Shown here in pieces: positions 13,481-21,832 of a DNA stretch of 50,015 nucleotides; position 1 is the stretch's first letter; each line of letters begins with the position of its first letter. The stretch covers positions 1 to 50,015 of the forward strand of contig WFNS01000294.1 in the NCBI GenBank assembly GCA_015488495.1. The letters run 5' to 3'. The notes beneath the pieces are model-generated. The model was not told the origin of the DNA. It ran no database searches and saw only the letters and a list, made by a program, of their open reading frames with translations. Origin of the DNA: Gammaproteobacteria bacterium. GTDB taxonomy: Bacteria; Pseudomonadota; Gammaproteobacteria; Thiohalospirales; Thiohalospiraceae. A program made the translations under genes and the position numbers.

Positions 13481-13543
13481 TCATTTGTCCTGGCAGGGGC
13501 ATTTGATTTGACGGAACACGATCGAATCTATAAAGAGGTTTTC

Positions 13544-14551
13544 ATGCAGGGCGCAACAAGTGAATTTCTAAAGCCTAGGCTGGTCGACGTAAAGAAACTC
13601 AATGATCAGCACGCACAGATAACGCTGGAGCCGCTGGAGAGGGGGTTTGGTCACACCCTGGGTAACGCGTTGCGACGTATCCTGCTCTCTTCGATGCCGG
13701 GTGCCGCGATCGTCGAAGCCGAGATCGAAGGGGTTCTGCACGAGTACACCACGGCGGAAGGGGTTCAGGAGGATGTGATTGACATCTTGTTGAACCTGAA
13801 GGGGGTTGCCTTGCGAATGAACAATCGCGAGAGTGCCACCCTGACGCTCAGCAAGAAGGGGCCGGGCGTGGTCACCGCCGGAGATATCCAGCTGGATCAC
13901 GACATTGAGATTATCAACCCGGAACATGTGATTGCCCATCTTGGTGAATCCGGTGAGTTGAATCTCACCCTGTGGGTCGAGGCCGGCAGGGGTTATCGGC
14001 CTGCGAACCAGCGCCTGTTCGATCAGGAGGGAGATCGACCCATAGGGCGGCTCAAGCTGGACGCCAGTTTCAGCCCGGTGCGGAGGGTTTCCTATACCGT
14101 CGATAGTGCGCGAGTGGAACAGCGCACCGATCTCGACAAGCTGATCATCAATCTGGAAACCAACGGGGCCATCGATCCGGAGAATGCCATTCGTTGTGCC
14201 GCCACCATCCTTCAGGACCAGCTTTCCTCCTTCGTGGAGCTGGAAGGAAAGGGCGACGAGAAGAAAGAGGAGCAGGAGCGGGAGTTCGATCCCATGCTGC
14301 TGCGCCCGGTGGACGATCTGGAATTGACGGTGCGGTCGGCCAATTGTCTCAAGGCCGAGCAGATCTACTATATCGGTGATCTAATCCAGCGTACCGAGGT
14401 GGAGCTGATGAAGACGCCCAACCTGGGCAAAAAGTCACTCACAGAGATCAAGGACGTTTTGGCCTCGAGAGGCTTGTCTCTGGGAATGAAGCTGGAGAAC
14501 TGGCCCCCACCGAATCTGGGCGAGAAGGGCCAGGAGAAGTCCACTGCCTGA
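13544..14551 (+). CDS. rpoA: DNA-directed RNA polymerase subunit alpha
   Basis: [16 protein letters not shown]...[18 protein letters not shown]... The start at 13544 follows an AAGAGG RBS. C-terminal domain ...[14 protein letters not shown]... Confidence 0.96.
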   Translation: MQGATSEFLKPRLVDVKKLNDQHAQITLEPLERGFGHTLGNALRRILLSSMPGAAIVEAEIEGVLHEYTTAEGVQEDVIDILLNLKGVALRMNNRESATLTLSKKGPGVVTAGDIQLDHDIEIINPEHVIAHLGESGELNLTLWVEAGRGYRPANQRLFDQEGDRPIGRLKLDASFSPVRRVSYTVDSARVEQRTDLDKLIINLETNGAIDPENAIRCAATILQDQLSSFVELEGKGDEKKEEQEREFDPMLLRPVDDLELTVRSANCLKAEQIYYIGDLIQRTEVELMKTPNLGKKSLTEIKDVLASRGLSLGMKLENWPPPNLGEKGQEKSTA

Positions 14552-14590
14552 GGCAACTTTTTTATTGAAGAATCAATAGGGTAATTAGCT

Positions 14591-14995
14591 ATGCGCCATC
14601 GCAAAAGCGGACGGAAACTGAACCGTAACAGCAGCCATCGCCACGCCATGTTCAGAAATATGGCGGCGTCCCTGTTCCGGCATGAGCTCATTCGTACCAC
14701 GCTGCCGAAGGCCAAGGAGCTGCGCCGGGTGGCAGAACCGTTGATCACTCTTGCCAAGGAAGATTCCGTGGCCAATCGGCGCTTGGCCTTCGCCCGCATC
14801 CGGGATCGGGAGATGGTCACCAAGCTGTTCAATGAGCTTGGGCCGCGCTACCGCTCCCGGCCCGGTGGTTATCTCCGTATCCTCAAATGCGGCTTCCGGC
14901 CGGGGGACAACGCCCCCATGGCCTATGTCGAGTTGGTGGATCGGCCGTTGCCGGTGGAAGAAGAGGCGAGCGAGGCTGCTGGCGCAGATGCCTGA
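14591..14995 (+). CDS. rplQ: 50S ribosomal protein L17
   Basis: 134 aa, [28 protein letters not shown]... Confidence 0.97.
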   Translation: MRHRKSGRKLNRNSSHRHAMFRNMAASLFRHELIRTTLPKAKELRRVAEPLITLAKEDSVANRRLAFARIRDREMVTKLFNELGPRYRSRPGGYLRILKCGFRPGDNAPMAYVELVDRPLPVEEEASEAAGADA

Positions 14996-15067
14996 CCCGA
15001 TGCAAGGATGCATTCGGTGGCTGGATAGAATATTGGGCTGATTCGCAATTCAACTTTCTTCCTGAAG

Positions 15068-15091
15068 ACGCCGGGGGTGACCCGGCGTTTT
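15068..15091 (+). terminator. Intrinsic terminator hairpin after rplQ, with its T-tract cut short by element E1
   Basis: ACGCCGGG (15068-15075) pairs with CCCGGCGT (15081-15088), loop GGTGA. Only TTTT follows before the palindromic element begins at 15091. Confidence 0.6.
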
Positions 15092-15433
15092 AGCACTCTT
15101 TCAAGGTAATAAATCAAGATTCAGTTGGCCTGTCAGCGTTCAGGGCAAGGCGCCCCTCGCAGCGAATGGCCGTCGCCCTTTGCATGAGGAGCGCCAACAC
15201 CCCGGGAGGGGATTGGGAGCGCGAAGCGCCCCCGAAGGGGTGGTGGAATACAGGGATGTATTCCATCAACGCCGCCATGGACGCTGACAGACCAACCCTT
15301 CGGGCGTCCCTGTGGTGTTCCGCCGCGGCGTTGCAGTGCTTGACAAGGGAACAACCATTGCCTGCGCACTGCGCCTTGCCGCGAAACACCACAGGGACGC
15401 TGAATCCTGATTTATTACCTTGAAAGAGTGCTA
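15091..15433 (-). mobile_element. Structured palindromic element copy E1 (343 bp; MITE-like or candidate structured RNA; inferred sense strand is minus)
   Basis: 34-bp terminal inverted repeat (15091-15124 vs 15400-15433) with one mismatch. Nested perfect or near-perfect hairpins at 15125-15295 and 15305-15399. Conserved core at 15328-15380 is shared with E3 and, in reverse orientation, with E2. Confidence 0.7.
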
Positions 15434-15443
15434 GTTTCCGGCC

Positions 15444-16112
15444 TCAGGAGAACCAGCGCGTGATCTCTTCTATCGGTTGACGGGTTTTCGGACGCCCTTC
15501 GCGAACCCGATAACCGAACGCAACCATGCAGGAGATACCGAATTTGTCGGTTTCCACCGAGAGGTGGTTCCTCAGCACGGCCTCTATCTTCTCCCGATCG
15601 AAGCCCTCGATGGGGCAGGAATCTACACCAAGCATTGCAGCGGTAGTCATCATGTTCCCCAGCGCGATGTAGGTCTGTTTGCAGGCCCAATCGAACATGG
15701 CCCGCTCGCTTTCCAGCAGCTTGAAATCGTTTTGCTGGAAGTTGCGATAGACCTCCCGCTTTTTCTCCATCACAGCTGCCGGCAGGCCCATTACATCGCG
15801 CATCATGTGGGTGATGTAGTCGCTGTCGTATCTCATGTAATGACTTTTTCGGGCCAGGATCACGATCAGATGACTGGCGGTCGGGATCTGTTTCTGCCCC
15901 CCCCAGGTGACCTCACGCAGTTTTTCCCGCAAAGTCGGCTGCTGGACGATGAGGTAGAGCCAGGGCTCAAAACCGAAGGAGCTGGGAGAGAGTCTGCCGG
16001 TCTGCAGAATCGTGTCGAAGATTTCTTCCGGGATTTTCTTTTCGGCATCGAACTCCTTGCAGGCATGACGGAAGTGATAGCTGTCGATGATTTCACTTGG
16101 TGAAATGGCCAT
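15444..16112 (-). CDS. Nitroreductase-family NAD(P)H oxidoreductase
   Basis: 222 aa, ...RHACKEFDAEKKIPEEIFDTILQTGRLSPSSFGFEPW... typical nitroreductase fold family. AAGAGGAGG RBS upstream. Confidence 0.85.
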   Translation of the reverse strand: MAISPSEIIDSYHFRHACKEFDAEKKIPEEIFDTILQTGRLSPSSFGFEPWLYLIVQQPTLREKLREVTWGGQKQIPTASHLIVILARKSHYMRYDSDYITHMMRDVMGLPAAVMEKKREVYRNFQQNDFKLLESERAMFDWACKQTYIALGNMMTTAAMLGVDSCPIEGFDREKIEAVLRNHLSVETDKFGISCMVAFGYRVREGRPKTRQPIEEITRWFS

Positions 16113-16152
16113 TGGTAAGCCTCCTCTTTTGGTAGCTCTCGAGCAGATACCA

Positions 16153-16382
16153 GGACAATCGATGGCAAAGTCTCATTCAGGATAGACGGCTGGTCGCAAG
16201 GCGCGGCGTCGCCACGGCACTCCCTTGGCGAGCCGACGCAACAGTGCGGACGTCGTCCAGACGCCCTCCGGTCGGGAGTGCCCCACGCGTCCCGGCTCGG
16301 TGTTGTAGCCGCTTGGCAAGGGGCCCCGCGCCTTGCTCCCGAACGTGGGGCACTCTGAATGAGGCTTTGCCATCGGTTGTCT
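16153..16382 (+). mobile_element. Structured palindromic element copy E2 (about 230 bp; inverted relative to E1; inferred sense strand is plus)
   Basis: About 28-bp terminal stem (16153-16180 vs 16355-16382) with three G-T pairs on the plus strand. Core boxes GCAAGGCGCGG (16196-16206) and CCGCGCCTTGC (16326-16336). The stem GCGTCG/CGACGC followed by AAC matches the reverse complement of the E1/E3 core. Confidence 0.6.
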
Positions 16383-16626
16383 CGCTAAGAGTATAGCCCG
16401 AATATCGTACCCGGCCGCTGAAAGCGCTCTCACACCGGTCCCGCGGCCCTTGTGCGGTATTTGCTCAATCGTAAACCGCTTGGGCCGTTGGCACCATCAT
16501 CAGGGCCCCGTACCCGGATGAAATATTCGGGGTAGGTGGTTTCGAATGGGATTAGCGGAGGAAGGGGCCGGCACATATTTTGCCTTTCTTCGAGTAAGCG
16601 CATATTACAAAAGAGGATCGAAGGTC

Positions 16627-17676
16627 ATGAGCCTGCCAATATCGTCCTCATCGCCGGCGGCCATTCCGTTGACGGGACCGGAGGAGGGGAGTATCGATGA
16701 GGAAGAAGTGGTCCCGGGTGACGGGATGACAGCACAATTCCTTGAAATACTGGCCTCCGTGCTGCCCGAAACGGGAGCGGTTTCTCCCACTCCGGAAGAG
16801 GAAGGTGCTCCACTGAAAGGGTTGCCGTACGCGGATCAGGGAGGCAATATTTTGCCGGTCAAGCTTAATGCGATGCCGCCGGCTTTTCCGCTTGTATCCG
16901 GGGAGCTTGGGGAGGTGAAGCTGGGGGACAAAGTGCTCTTCGCCTCCCGTATGCCCCCGAACGGTTTGCCGACAGAGTTACCTGTCTCTTCACCGGTGGT
17001 GGTTGCCCCGAGTGGCGACGGGGCGGAGTTGTTGCCAACCAGGGGGCTCCCGCTGAATGTCGAGGCTCCTTTGTCTTCCGTCCAGGTTCAACAAGCGGTT
17101 TTGCGCCAGCTACAGTCCATTCCGGCCTCCAAGGAGGGGGGGGAACCAGGCTTCACTCTGGTTCCTGCGACCTCGGCCCCTCCTCTCCAGTCAGGAGGGA
17201 TGCCCGCCAATAACGCGTCGGCGGCTCCGCCGTCCTTCTCTCTTTCGCCTCCAATGGGTTCTCTGCAGTGGCAGAACGCGCTCGGGGAGAGGGTGGTATG
17301 GTTGGTGAAAAGAGATTTGCAGCAAGCTGAGCTAAAGCTGAACCCGCAGCATCTCGGGCCGGTGGAGGTCCGGATCGAGATTCGTAACGAGCAGGCGACC
17401 ATCGGTTTGTCTGCCCATCATGCGGTGACTCGCGATGCGCTGGAGGCGTCCATCCCCCGCTTGCGGGAGATGTTGGGAGAGGCGGGCTTGGCCCTGGCCA
17501 ATGTAGATGTCTCCCAGCAGCGCTCCGGCCAAGGGCAGCAGGAGGGGAGAGAACAGCGGGAAAGGAGGGAAGAGCTGGCGCTGTCGGGTGGAAGCGGGGG
17601 CCGGAGGCTGGATGAGCCTTCTCTCCATTCAGCAGCGGGGCGACGGGGGACGGGGCTGATTGACCTATTTGCCTGA
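16627..17676 (+). CDS. FliK-like protein (flagellar hook-length control C-terminal domain)
   Basis: Pro/Ser-rich N-terminal region. C-terminal ...[55 protein letters not shown]... resembles the Flg_hook domain. ATG at 16627 follows an AAGAGGA RBS. Confidence 0.7.
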   Translation: MSLPISSSSPAAIPLTGPEEGSIDEEEVVPGDGMTAQFLEILASVLPETGAVSPTPEEEGAPLKGLPYADQGGNILPVKLNAMPPAFPLVSGELGEVKLGDKVLFASRMPPNGLPTELPVSSPVVVAPSGDGAELLPTRGLPLNVEAPLSSVQVQQAVLRQLQSIPASKEGGEPGFTLVPATSAPPLQSGGMPANNASAAPPSFSLSPPMGSLQWQNALGERVVWLVKRDLQQAELKLNPQHLGPVEVRIEIRNEQATIGLSAHHAVTRDALEASIPRLREMLGEAGLALANVDVSQQRSGQGQQEGREQRERREELALSGGSGGRRLDEPSLHSAAGRRGTGLIDLFA

Positions 17677-18993
17677 TGCCGCCGGGTCGTTGCTCGGGCT
17701 TCCCGGTTTTCTCCGTCGCCGTCGCCGTGTGCGTTCATGACGACTCTGGCTGCCTCCTTTGCCTCCCCTGCCATGGGTCGGCCGCGGCGAGCTTCTCTTT
17801 TTCCGGACCGGGGGTTTGGGATTGATCAGCAGATCTGTGTCGATCTCGCGGGTCGGAATCCGGTGGCCGATGTAGGCTTCGATATCCATCAAGGAAAAGG
17901 CGTACTGTTCACAGGCGAAGCTGATCGCTTCCCCGCTGGCTCCAGCCCGCGCGGTACGACCGATGCGGTGGACATAGTCCTGTTCGTCCTGGGGCAGGTC
18001 ATAGTTGAAGACATGGGTCACGCCTTCAATGTGAAGTCCTCTGGCCGCCACATCGGTTGCCACCATGATGGAGAGTTCCCCCTCCTGAAAACGCCTCAAC
18101 AGGCTGATCCGCTTTTTCTGGGGCACGTCTCCGGAAAGTACCGCTGCCTTGAAACCGTTGCCTTCGAGATAACCCCAGACCCTCTCGGCCGCCTGTTTGG
18201 TGTTGACGAATATGATGCTGCGTTCGGGACGCAACCTGCCGAGCAATCCCAGCAGTAACGGAATCTTCTCCGTGTTGGCGGGATAGTAGATGCTCTCGTT
18301 GACGCGCGTGGCGGTGACCTGTTCGGCGTCGATCCGGATCAGCTTGGGATTGTTCATGTGCTCATAGGCGAGCTCGGTGACCCGGAACGAAAGTGTGGCG
18401 GAGAAGAGCAGACTCTGCCGCTTCTCTGGGGGTGGCATCCGCCGCAGCAGGAAGCGGATATCCTTGATGAACCCCAAATCGAACATGCGATCCGCCTCAT
18501 CCAGTACCACGACGTCGATGGACTTGAGGTGGAAGATCCGCTGCTTGAAGTAGTCGATGAGCCGTCCGGGGGTCCCGATGAGTATGTCGACCCCTTGCTC
18601 CAGCTGTTTGCGCTGGCTTTCATAGCCACTGCCGCCGTAAACCAGCCCCAGACGGAGGCCGGTGTGCTTGCCCAACAACTGTGCGTCCTTGTGTATCTGG
18701 ATGGCCAGCTCTCTGGTCGGTGCTAGGATCAACGCCCTTGGCTGGCGCCGTCCTTTGTCGGAGCCGGGGTTTGCCTTCAGAAGGCGAGTCATCACCGCAA
18801 GCAGAAACGCGGCCGTTTTACCTGTGCCGGTCTGTGCTTGTCCGGCTACATCCTGACCGGCCAATGCTGCCGGGAGCGTTTCCGCCTGGATGGGTGTACA
18901 GGTGGAAAAGCCCGCGTCGGCGACGCCTTGCATCAGCGGCGGTGGTAATTTGAATGATGAAAAAGGGGTTTCAGTTCGGTTTATTTCGGCCAT
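17665..18993 (-). CDS. rhlB: ATP-dependent DEAD-box RNA helicase RhlB
   Basis: Contains the Q motif, [15 protein letters not shown] and [10 protein letters not shown] motifs and an Arg-rich C-tail. It is divergent from trxA-rho, as in E. coli. Start taken at MAEINRTE (18993). Confidence 0.88.
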   Translation of the reverse strand: MAEINRTETPFSSFKLPPPLMQGVADAGFSTCTPIQAETLPAALAGQDVAGQAQTGTGKTAAFLLAVMTRLLKANPGSDKGRRQPRALILAPTRELAIQIHKDAQLLGKHTGLRLGLVYGGSGYESQRKQLEQGVDILIGTPGRLIDYFKQRIFHLKSIDVVVLDEADRMFDLGFIKDIRFLLRRMPPPEKRQSLLFSATLSFRVTELAYEHMNNPKLIRIDAEQVTATRVNESIYYPANTEKIPLLLGLLGRLRPERSIIFVNTKQAAERVWGYLEGNGFKAAVLSGDVPQKKRISLLRRFQEGELSIMVATDVAARGLHIEGVTHVFNYDLPQDEQDYVHRIGRTARAGASGEAISFACEQYAFSLMDIEAYIGHRIPTREIDTDLLINPKPPVRKKRSSPRPTHGRGGKGGSQSRHERTRRRRRRKPGSPSNDPAASGK

Positions 18994-19132
18994 ACCGACA
19001 AAGAATATCAAAATTTACCCGCTTTGGGCTTGAAATCGTCTTCGCTTTGGGCTGAAATTAGGGATTATCGAACACGGCAGACGACGGATGTCCACCTCGG
19101 TCTGCCTGGGTAGCCAAAACGGAGGCAATAAA

Positions 19133-19459
19133 TTGAGCGACAAGATCGTCCACGTTACGGACAGCACGTTTGAGGAAGAGGTGATCAATTCGGAGCAGCC
19201 GGTATTGGTCGACTACTGGGCCGACTGGTGCGGGCCGTGCAAGATGATCGCCCCCATCCTGGATGAAATCACTGAAGAGTATGCTGGCAAGCTGAAGGTT
19301 GCCAAGCTAAACATCGACGAGAATCCGGCTACTCCGCCCAAGTTTGGCATTCGCGGCATTCCTACCCTGATGTTGTTCAAGGATGGCCATGTGGAGGCGA
19401 CCAAGGTGGGGGCCATGTCGAAATCACAACTGACCGCTTTTATTGATAGTAATCTGTAA
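19133..19459 (+). CDS. trxA: Thioredoxin 1
   Basis: [40 protein letters not shown]... (WCGPC active site). A TTG start at 19133 follows a GGAGG RBS and gives 108 aa. Confidence 0.92.
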   Translation: MSDKIVHVTDSTFEEEVINSEQPVLVDYWADWCGPCKMIAPILDEITEEYAGKLKVAKLNIDENPATPPKFGIRGIPTLMLFKDGHVEATKVGAMSKSQLTAFIDSNL

Positions 19460-19694
19460 AGAGCGGGGGAGTGCCTGCGTCCGGAGTTGGGGGTGGACGT
19501 GGGCGCACATTGATGATATTCTTAAAAGTCAAAGCAAGAATTTAACCGAATTTCCCTGTTATTGACGCAGGTGGCGCATCGCGCGTTTTTCCATATTCCC
19601 TTTTGGTGTGAGTCTACGAGGCTGTTCCCGGTCCGTGATTCCTTTTTACATTTCTATTTTCCCGCAAGATACTATTACGACCTGATCGACAATC

Positions 19695-20954
19695 ATGAAC
19701 CTAACAGAACTGAAGAAGCAGAAAGCCTCCGAGCTTGTTGAGCTGGCCCAGTCTTTGGGAATAGAGGGCAACTCCCGGGCTCGCAAGCAGGATATCATCT
19801 TCTCCATACTGAAAGCCCACGCAAAGAATGGTGAGGATATCTTCGGCGGTGGAGTGCTGGAGATTCTGCAGGACGGCTTTGGCTTTTTGCGCTCGGCGGA
19901 TAGCTCCTATCTGGCTGGCCCCGATGATATCTATGTTTCCCCAAGCCAGATCCGGCGATTCAACCTGCGTACCGGTGATACGGTCGAGGGCAAGATCCGT
20001 CCTCCCAAAGAGGGAGAGCGCTATTTCGCCCTGCTGAAAGTGGATCAGATCAATTTCGAGCCGCCGGAGAACGCCAAATTCAAGGTATTGTTCGAAAACC
20101 TGACCCCCCTGCATGCGGAAGAGCGCATGGTGATGGAGATGGGTAACGGCAGTACCGAGGACCTCACTGCTCGCATCATCGACCTGGTCTCCCCGATTGG
20201 CAAAGGCCAGCGCGGATTGATCGTCTCTCCGCCTAAGGCCGGTAAGACCATGATGCTGCAACAGCTGGCACACTCCATCGCGTCCAAGAATCCGGAGTGC
20301 TATCTGATCGTGCTGCTCATCGATGAGCGGCCTGAAGAGGTGACGGAGATGGAACGTTCGGTTCGGGGCGAGGTGGTATCCAGCACCTTCGACGAGCCGG
20401 CGACCCGCCACGTCCAGGTGGCGGAAATGGTGATTGAAAAAGCCAAAAGGCTGGTGGAGCACAAGCAGGATGTGGTGATTCTGCTGGATTCCATCACCCG
20501 GCTGGCGCGTGCCTACAACACGGTCATTCCTTCCTCCGGCAAGGTGTTGACCGGTGGTGTGGACGCCAACGCATTGCATCGCCCCAAGCGTTTCTTCGGT
20601 GCGGCGCGTAATATCGAGGAGGGTGGTTCGCTCACCATCATCGCCACGGCGCTGGTGGACACCGGTTCTCGCATGGATGACGTGATCTATGAGGAATTCA
20701 AGGGCACCGGCAACATGGAGCTGCATCTGGATCGGAAGATCGCCGAGAAACGGATCTACCCGGCCATCAACATCAACCGTTCGGGTACGCGTCGCGAGGA
20801 GAAACTGGTTCCTCCCGACGAGCTGCAGAAGATCTGGATCCTGCGCAAACTGCTGCACCCAATGGATGAGATCGCGGCGATGGAGTTCCTGCAGGATCGG
20901 CTCAAGGTCACCAAGACCAATGCCGAGTTCTTCGAATCCATGAAGCGTCAGTAG
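19695..20954 (+). CDS. rho: Transcription termination factor Rho
   Basis: 419 aa, MNLTELKK...[14 protein letters not shown]... with Walker A PPKAGKT. A 235-nt pyrimidine-rich leader lies upstream (19460-19694). Confidence 0.97.
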   Translation: MNLTELKKQKASELVELAQSLGIEGNSRARKQDIIFSILKAHAKNGEDIFGGGVLEILQDGFGFLRSADSSYLAGPDDIYVSPSQIRRFNLRTGDTVEGKIRPPKEGERYFALLKVDQINFEPPENAKFKVLFENLTPLHAEERMVMEMGNGSTEDLTARIIDLVSPIGKGQRGLIVSPPKAGKTMMLQQLAHSIASKNPECYLIVLLIDERPEEVTEMERSVRGEVVSSTFDEPATRHVQVAEMVIEKAKRLVEHKQDVVILLDSITRLARAYNTVIPSSGKVLTGGVDANALHRPKRFFGAARNIEEGGSLTIIATALVDTGSRMDDVIYEEFKGTGNMELHLDRKIAEKRIYPAININRSGTRREEKLVPPDELQKIWILRKLLHPMDEIAAMEFLQDRLKVTKTNAEFFESMKRQ

Positions 20955-21237
20955 CCCCATCAATCTTCTTTTGCGGTTGCACAGCCTTGCTGTAATCCGG
21001 ACTAATCCGAGCAGTCACTTCCAGAACCTGTTAAATCATCGGATGGTTCCTGTCCGAGAAGGATTCTTTCGGTGGGGCCTCGTTTTATCCGTACTCCGGG
21101 TTGGTAAGATAAATTTACATTGAATTGACATCACCGCGTTCTGCCCTCGTTCCGCTTGTACTAGACTTTGGAACAACAACAGCCTGAGGTGCTCTCGTAA
21201 TGGATAGAGACCACTTCTGAAACTGAGAGGGCGGAGT

Positions 21238-21591
21238 ATGGTTGACTCAGCGGACGGCGGATTCGATTTCGATCAATGGCGGGCTTTGGCAGAGGACGAT
21301 CCTGCTGCGTTCGAAGCGGCAAGGGAGGCTGCTATCGAGAAGTTGATCCAGCAGATTCCGGAGGATCGTCAACGGAGATTGCACGGATTGCAATGGCGTA
21401 TCGATACGGTCCGCTCCATGGCCCCAAACCCTACCGCTGCCTTCCTGACTCTTTCCGAAATGATGTGGGACTCTTTCTATCGTCAGCAGATGATGTTGAA
21501 GCGGTTGCTGGGTGAGGAGCAACAAGGAAGTCGCCCTGAGCCCCGCCCTTCTCAGAGTAGTAACGTGGTGCCGTTTCGACAGTTCAACTAA
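21238..21591 (+). CDS. Small hypothetical protein (DUF3135-like)
   Basis: 117 aa, FDFDQWRALAEDDPAAFEAAREAAIEKLI...RLHGLQWRID... resembles the DUF3135 family from memory. Followed by a clear terminator. Confidence 0.6.
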   Translation: MVDSADGGFDFDQWRALAEDDPAAFEAAREAAIEKLIQQIPEDRQRRLHGLQWRIDTVRSMAPNPTAAFLTLSEMMWDSFYRQQMMLKRLLGEEQQGSRPEPRPSQSSNVVPFRQFN

Positions 21592-21637
21592 CGGTAAGTC
21601 TTCCTTCTGACTACTGTTCTGTTTTTCTCGCTTGTTT

Positions 21638-21665
21638 GAACCCGGTTTGTACCGGGTTTTTATTT
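21638..21665 (+). terminator. Rho-independent terminator
   Basis: AACCCGG / CCGGGTT stem with loop TTTGTA, followed by TTTATTTT. Confidence 0.75.
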
Positions 21666-21832
21666 TGTGTGCCCGGTACGTTGAGCTGGGCATCGTGTTT
21701 TTTGACCTGCCCATCTCGACAAAGGTGGATTATGTTGAGATGAGAATTGCAAACACGAGCCTTAATTGAAAAGTCTAGTCAAAACATGATGTCTAGCACA
21801 CAGTTAGGGTGAGTTGTGATATGGTTATTGGC

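Noticed and set aside
15114-15392. Small ORFs inside the palindromic elements (15114-15392, 15133-15369, 15166-15423, 16173-16433, 45474-45737).
   Set aside because: The peptides are not conserved between element copies. The nucleotide conservation follows paired stems and boxes, not a reading frame.
15087-15437. A 4-bp direct repeat GTTT flanks E1 (15087-15090 and 15434-15437) and could be a target-site duplication.
   Set aside because: E3 has no flanking direct repeat, since restoring the frame requires removing exactly the palindrome. None is visible at E2 either. The GTTT at E1 is probably the remnant of the rplQ terminator T-tract.
16355-16364. CTGAATGAGG at the E2 junction resembles the hammerhead ribozyme CUGAUGAG box.
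   Set aside because: It has an extra A. The corresponding positions in E1 (CTGAATCTTG in sense orientation) and E3 (CTGAAGGTGT) do not keep the box. No matching GAAA/stem II arrangement was found.
15091-16382. Interpretation of the elements as integron attC sites, with the nitroreductase as a gene cassette.
   Set aside because: The elements are far longer than attC sites as I know them (roughly 60-140 bp). They lack the terminal RYYYAAC/GTTRRRY core sites, since conservation is internal (TTCAG/CTGAA and the core domain). No intI gene is nearby. E3 sits inside a coding sequence.
19460-19694. The 235-nt trxA-rho spacer as a possible sRNA or riboswitch.
   Set aside because: A long, pyrimidine-rich, weakly structured leader is what is expected for autoregulated rho (Rho-dependent attenuation in its own leader). 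I found no conserved structured motif, so it is left unannotated.
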